Shown here piece by piece: positions 60,383-64,000 of a stretch of DNA of 64,000 nt; position 1 is the stretch's first letter, and each line of letters opens with the position of its first letter. Origin of the DNA: Octopus vulgaris. Its lineage: Eukaryota. A program made the position numbers and the translations under genes. The notes under the pieces are model-generated. The model was given only the letters and a program-made list of their open reading frames with translations. It was not told the DNA's origin and searched no databases. The DNA is taken from contig OX597816.1 in the NCBI GenBank assembly GCA_951406725.2, positions 176,390,001 through 176,454,000 of the forward strand, in the 5' to 3' direction.

Positions 60383-61517
60383 CAGACATATAGTTCAAAT
60401 TTACAGAAAACAAAAAACGAAGACAGGTGAAGAAACAACAAGCCGGTGTATGATACACACATACATATGTATGTATATATGTTTGAGTGTATAGATAATT
60501 ATATGTAACACACATACATACACACAAAAAACACATAGATCACCATCATTTTATATCTGTTTTTCCTTGCTGGTGCCACTCGTATGAGTCACACAGCATC
60601 TTGCCACCCACTGCAGTCTTTGTTATCTTGTACACACAACAACAGACAGCCACTCCATTTTGTTGCTGTGCTACTGGTGTATTACAATGTAAACTGAATG
60701 GATTTTACTTTACTATAAAGCATTAGACATGTTGATTGAGGTATTGCTAAACATTCCTTCCTATGCTATACCAATTCTTATTTGGAGTCATTGGCTCTCC
60801 AGACAAGTTGATTGCAGTGATTTGCAGAGTCTACATATACAAAAAACAGGCTTCTTTAGGTTTCCATCTACCAATCCACTAACCAGGCTTAGGTCAGTCC
60901 AAGTCTATAGTAGAAGACACTTGCCCCAAGGTGTCACACAGTAGGATTGAACTCAACGCTACAAGGTTTGAACAAACTTCTCGACCACACGTCCACACCT
61001 GCACTTGTACATAAATACACATTGTATTTGGTGGGATATATCATGCACACTTTTCCCAAACAACATCAAAAAGAAAAATCACCCTGGGTCCGATATAGGA
61101 AGTAAAGCCTGCCATATGCCTTTAATGCACTAAAAACCTTTTTCTTGAATTTGCAGTGCTGAAAATGGGATGCATTTTATAGGCCCATGTGTCTTTTATG
61201 CCATCAAATATGGTGTGCATGTATGTGTATATGTGTGGGTGTATGTGTGTATCCTGCATTAAATGAAGAAGCAGTGATGAGTGAAAATTCTGTAAAAAAT
61301 AATTATGTTTTAACCCTTGTAAGTTGCATATAAGCTTAAAGCTTATAATTTACAGAAAATATTTATATACTTTTATTAATGCTGAAAAACTCTTCACAAA
61401 CTGATACTCAGAGTTTCACATCCACATTCCCATTTGTTGGATAGTTGTGATCATGGTACTCAAGTAGTATTTTTTTACAACCTTGTTTTGTATTTATGTG
61501 CTTGCTTGTGTGAATAA

Positions 61518-61559
<42 letters not shown>

Positions 61560-61799
61560 ATATATATATATATATATAAACACACACACACAAACACATA
61601 CATGCACAGCAGTACACACATAGAAATGACCATTAAGAATGTAGGGACAGAATAGCTGGTCACATGCTGAAAATATCAACGAAGCAGGACATGTAATAGT
61701 TACCTACATAGTCAATCCAGATAGAACAGAGTAGTTTTATATCCAATGACTGATATAGCAATATCATCAGTAACTACAAGCTACAAGGTAAAAGAATAT

Positions 61800-62470
61800 G
61801 CACTAAAGAGAGGCTACTAAAGAGGCATCAAATTTATGAACTAAGTTATGAAAATAAAAGAATCTGTTATAGGACAACTGATTAGAAAGAGAATTAGATA
61901 AGAGGAGATGCAGTTTGGGCTTGTGCCATGATGGGGCACCACCAATGCCCTCTTCCCAGTGAGATAACCATAGGAAATGTTAACTCAGAATTTGCCACAA
62001 TATTAGCATTCATTGACCAAGAGAAGATCTTTGACAGAGTAGCATGCTCCGTAGTTACTAAGTGGTCACTAATAAAACTAGATGTAGATGAATGGCTTGT
62101 AAGGGCAATACAAGCCATGTACAGAACTGCCATAAGCAAGGTGTGAGTTAGCAATGACTTCACAAAGTATTTCAGTAGATGTCCACCAGGGGGTCACATT
62201 TCAGCCCCCTCCTGCATATTATAGCTCTCCATATCATAACAGAATTGTTTAAAATTGGTTAATAGTGAAAGTTCCTGTGTGCCAATGACCTTATTCTCTT
62301 GGATGAATTTGCTGAAGAATTAAAGAAGAACCAAAGAACCAAAGCCAACAATCAAAAGCTTCAAAGTAAACTGAACAAAAACAAAACTTTTAGTTAGCAG
62401 GAAAGAAGACAGGATTCTGCCGTCACCAAGGAGATGGCTCCACTTGATATGCAGAAAGTGAGTATATAGG
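61800..62470 (+). mobile_element. degenerate RTE RT fragment
   Basis: MQFGLVP, AFIDQEKIFDRV and DEWLVRAIQAMYR parallel the RTE at ~55.2-55.8 kb. Confidence 0.75.
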
Positions 62471-63282
62471 GAGTTTTCTCAATGTAATCTATGGGAGTAC
62501 ATGAGGTAATGGGTCCTATATTTAAGACATCCATATACTGCAAGCTGACCTTCACTGGACGATACTTAATCTTCAATTCCCACCATCCACACAGTGTAAA
62601 GAGAGGGATTGCTCAGGGCCCAAAACATCGAGCAAAGAATATAAGTAGCGATCGTAATACCCACCATGAAGAAATGATCAAGCTCAATAACAATCTATTA
62701 AGCAACAACTACCCCCAAAAGTATACTATCCACTCCAATTATGAAGAAAAGAGAAGATGAAAACAATAAACTGTCTACCCTATGTGAAAGGCCTCTCCGA
62801 AAAGATACAAAAGATAAGTGGCCCATATGACATCAGGACAGTATTCAAGAGTAATAAAACACTTTGCAAATATCTCCTTTGAGTAAAACCACCAATAGAA
62901 GAGAATATGACCAAAGACTGCGTGTACTCCATCCCATGCAGCTGTGGTAGGTTATACAAAGGCGAAACATGCCACCCCCTAAAAAATAAGGGTAGAGGAA
63001 CATTGCAAATCTGTGACATGAGGAGATATTGATAAATTGGGTATAGCTGATCATGAATGGATAAATGGAGACCACCTCCCCCTGTGAGATGAAGTTAAAA
63101 TAATAGACAGAGAACACCAGTGGAAAATACAGAAACTGAAAGAAGCAGCACATATGCTAGGACACAACAACCTCCTAAGCAGACTGAGTGCAGATATGAG
63201 CAGCATATGGGAACTGGTATTAAGGAAGGATAGACAAATATTAGATTTATAAGCCCTAAAAATTCATTCCATAATTTCCCAT

Positions 63283-63356
63283 GGGCATATGGTGTAGTGT
63301 TAAGAGCACAGGCTACTAACCCCAAGATTCCGAGTTCGATTCCAGGCAGTGACTTG
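63283..63356 (+). promoter_or_regulatory. tRNA-like Pol III cassette (SINE-like head)
   Basis: A-box-like TGGTGTAGTGT 63290-63300, B-box GAGTTCGATTCC 63332-43, followed by (AAT)n. Confidence 0.7.
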
Positions 63357-63434
63357 AATAATAATAATAATGATAATAATAATAGCATTGAAAAGTACCT
63401 TAGGAATGAGAACCCAGGTTCGAAATTTATCCAA

Positions 63435-63481
63435 GACACCTGATGAGGGCTTGGAGGGTATATCAGCCAAAATGTTGTGTT
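63435..63481 (+). ncRNA. degenerate minimal type I hammerhead
   Basis: GACAC-CTGATGA-gGGCT...AGCC-AAAATGTT-GTGTT. AAAATGTT is what GAAACGTT would become after two CpG transitions. Confidence 0.65.
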
Positions 63482-64000
63482 AACAACAAACAAGATGAAG
63501 ACAAATATCTGTCAAATGTAAATGGTGTAAGATATAATGGATCATAAGCAGGCTGAAAGGGAACAAAGGTTTTGCATGCAACAGATGGGCAGGAATGGTT
63601 AGCAGTAAAAGCACTCATTAAATAAGATATTTTAAATGTGTAGGAGCTTCTGAAAAGTAGATAATAATTTTCTTTACCTCAGCAGTTTAATGTATTCTGG
63701 AAGCATAATAGCCAGAGTAAGAATGATGAGGCAAAATTGCTATTATTTCTACTGATAATAAGGAGGTTCTCATATGATGCATGATGGTGAAACATAGGCA
63801 TCAAATGTGGAAGATGTACAAAATAATGAAGCAAGCATGTTCCACTGGATGTATATATAACATATACACATCCACTGGACACACAATATTAGTCAGCATG
63901 AATGATGATAGACAAATGAGCATTCAAGAGATAACACTGTGCTTGTGAAAACATTTGATGAAGAAAGTTGTTGAATAACAAATGTCAAGCATCTACTGAA

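Larger units (their letters stand above)
62500..63530 (+). mobile_element. 5'-truncated Penelope-like element (RT thumb + GIY-YIG endonuclease + 3' noncoding end)
   Basis: TGRYLIFNSHHPHSVKRGI, LPYVKGLSEKIQKI, CVYSIPCSCGRLYKGET...RVEEH, IADH, KEAAHM; contains stops and frameshifts. Confidence 0.88.

Noticed and set aside
57500-61700. Possible 3'UTR of a minus-strand gene
   Set aside because: AT-rich with TTTATT motifs, but no linked coding exon or other support in the window.
63283-63356. Functional tRNA gene
   Set aside because: A/B boxes are present, but there is no convincing acceptor stem or T-run terminator, and it is embedded in a retroelement.

Overview
Eukaryotic, AT-rich, repeat-saturated genomic DNA. 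The SINE/LINE repertoire and (TA)n load point to a coleoid cephalopod, most likely Octopus (inference). The + strand carries 15 phase-consistent GT-AG exons (1773-37024) of a DAAM-type formin, covering the end of FH3, the coiled coil, FH1 and FH2. The 5' exons lie upstream of the window, and the final DAD exon was not found. The introns and downstream region hold tRNA-derived SINEs, two copies of a CR1-like LINE whose ORF1 has a Myb/trihelix-like domain plus a CCCH finger, an RTE LINE with a PHD-like finger inside the RT, a Penelope element, mariner, hAT, piggyBac-MITE and Helitron relics, an ~8 kb TA/TATG microsatellite and a 100-N gap. The most interesting signal is a set of small hammerhead-ribozyme-bearing elements: (1) an apparently intact type I hammerhead on the DAAM sense strand (22935-23033), with a 41-bp inverted repeat that starts exactly at the cleavage site; (2) an inverted pair of hammerhead-like motifs with a swapped G3:C8 core (58599-58793); (3) a Penelope 3' end joined to a tRNA-like Pol III cassette and a CpG-decayed hammerhead (63283-63481). 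All calls come from reading the sequence by eye; no searches or folding programs were run.
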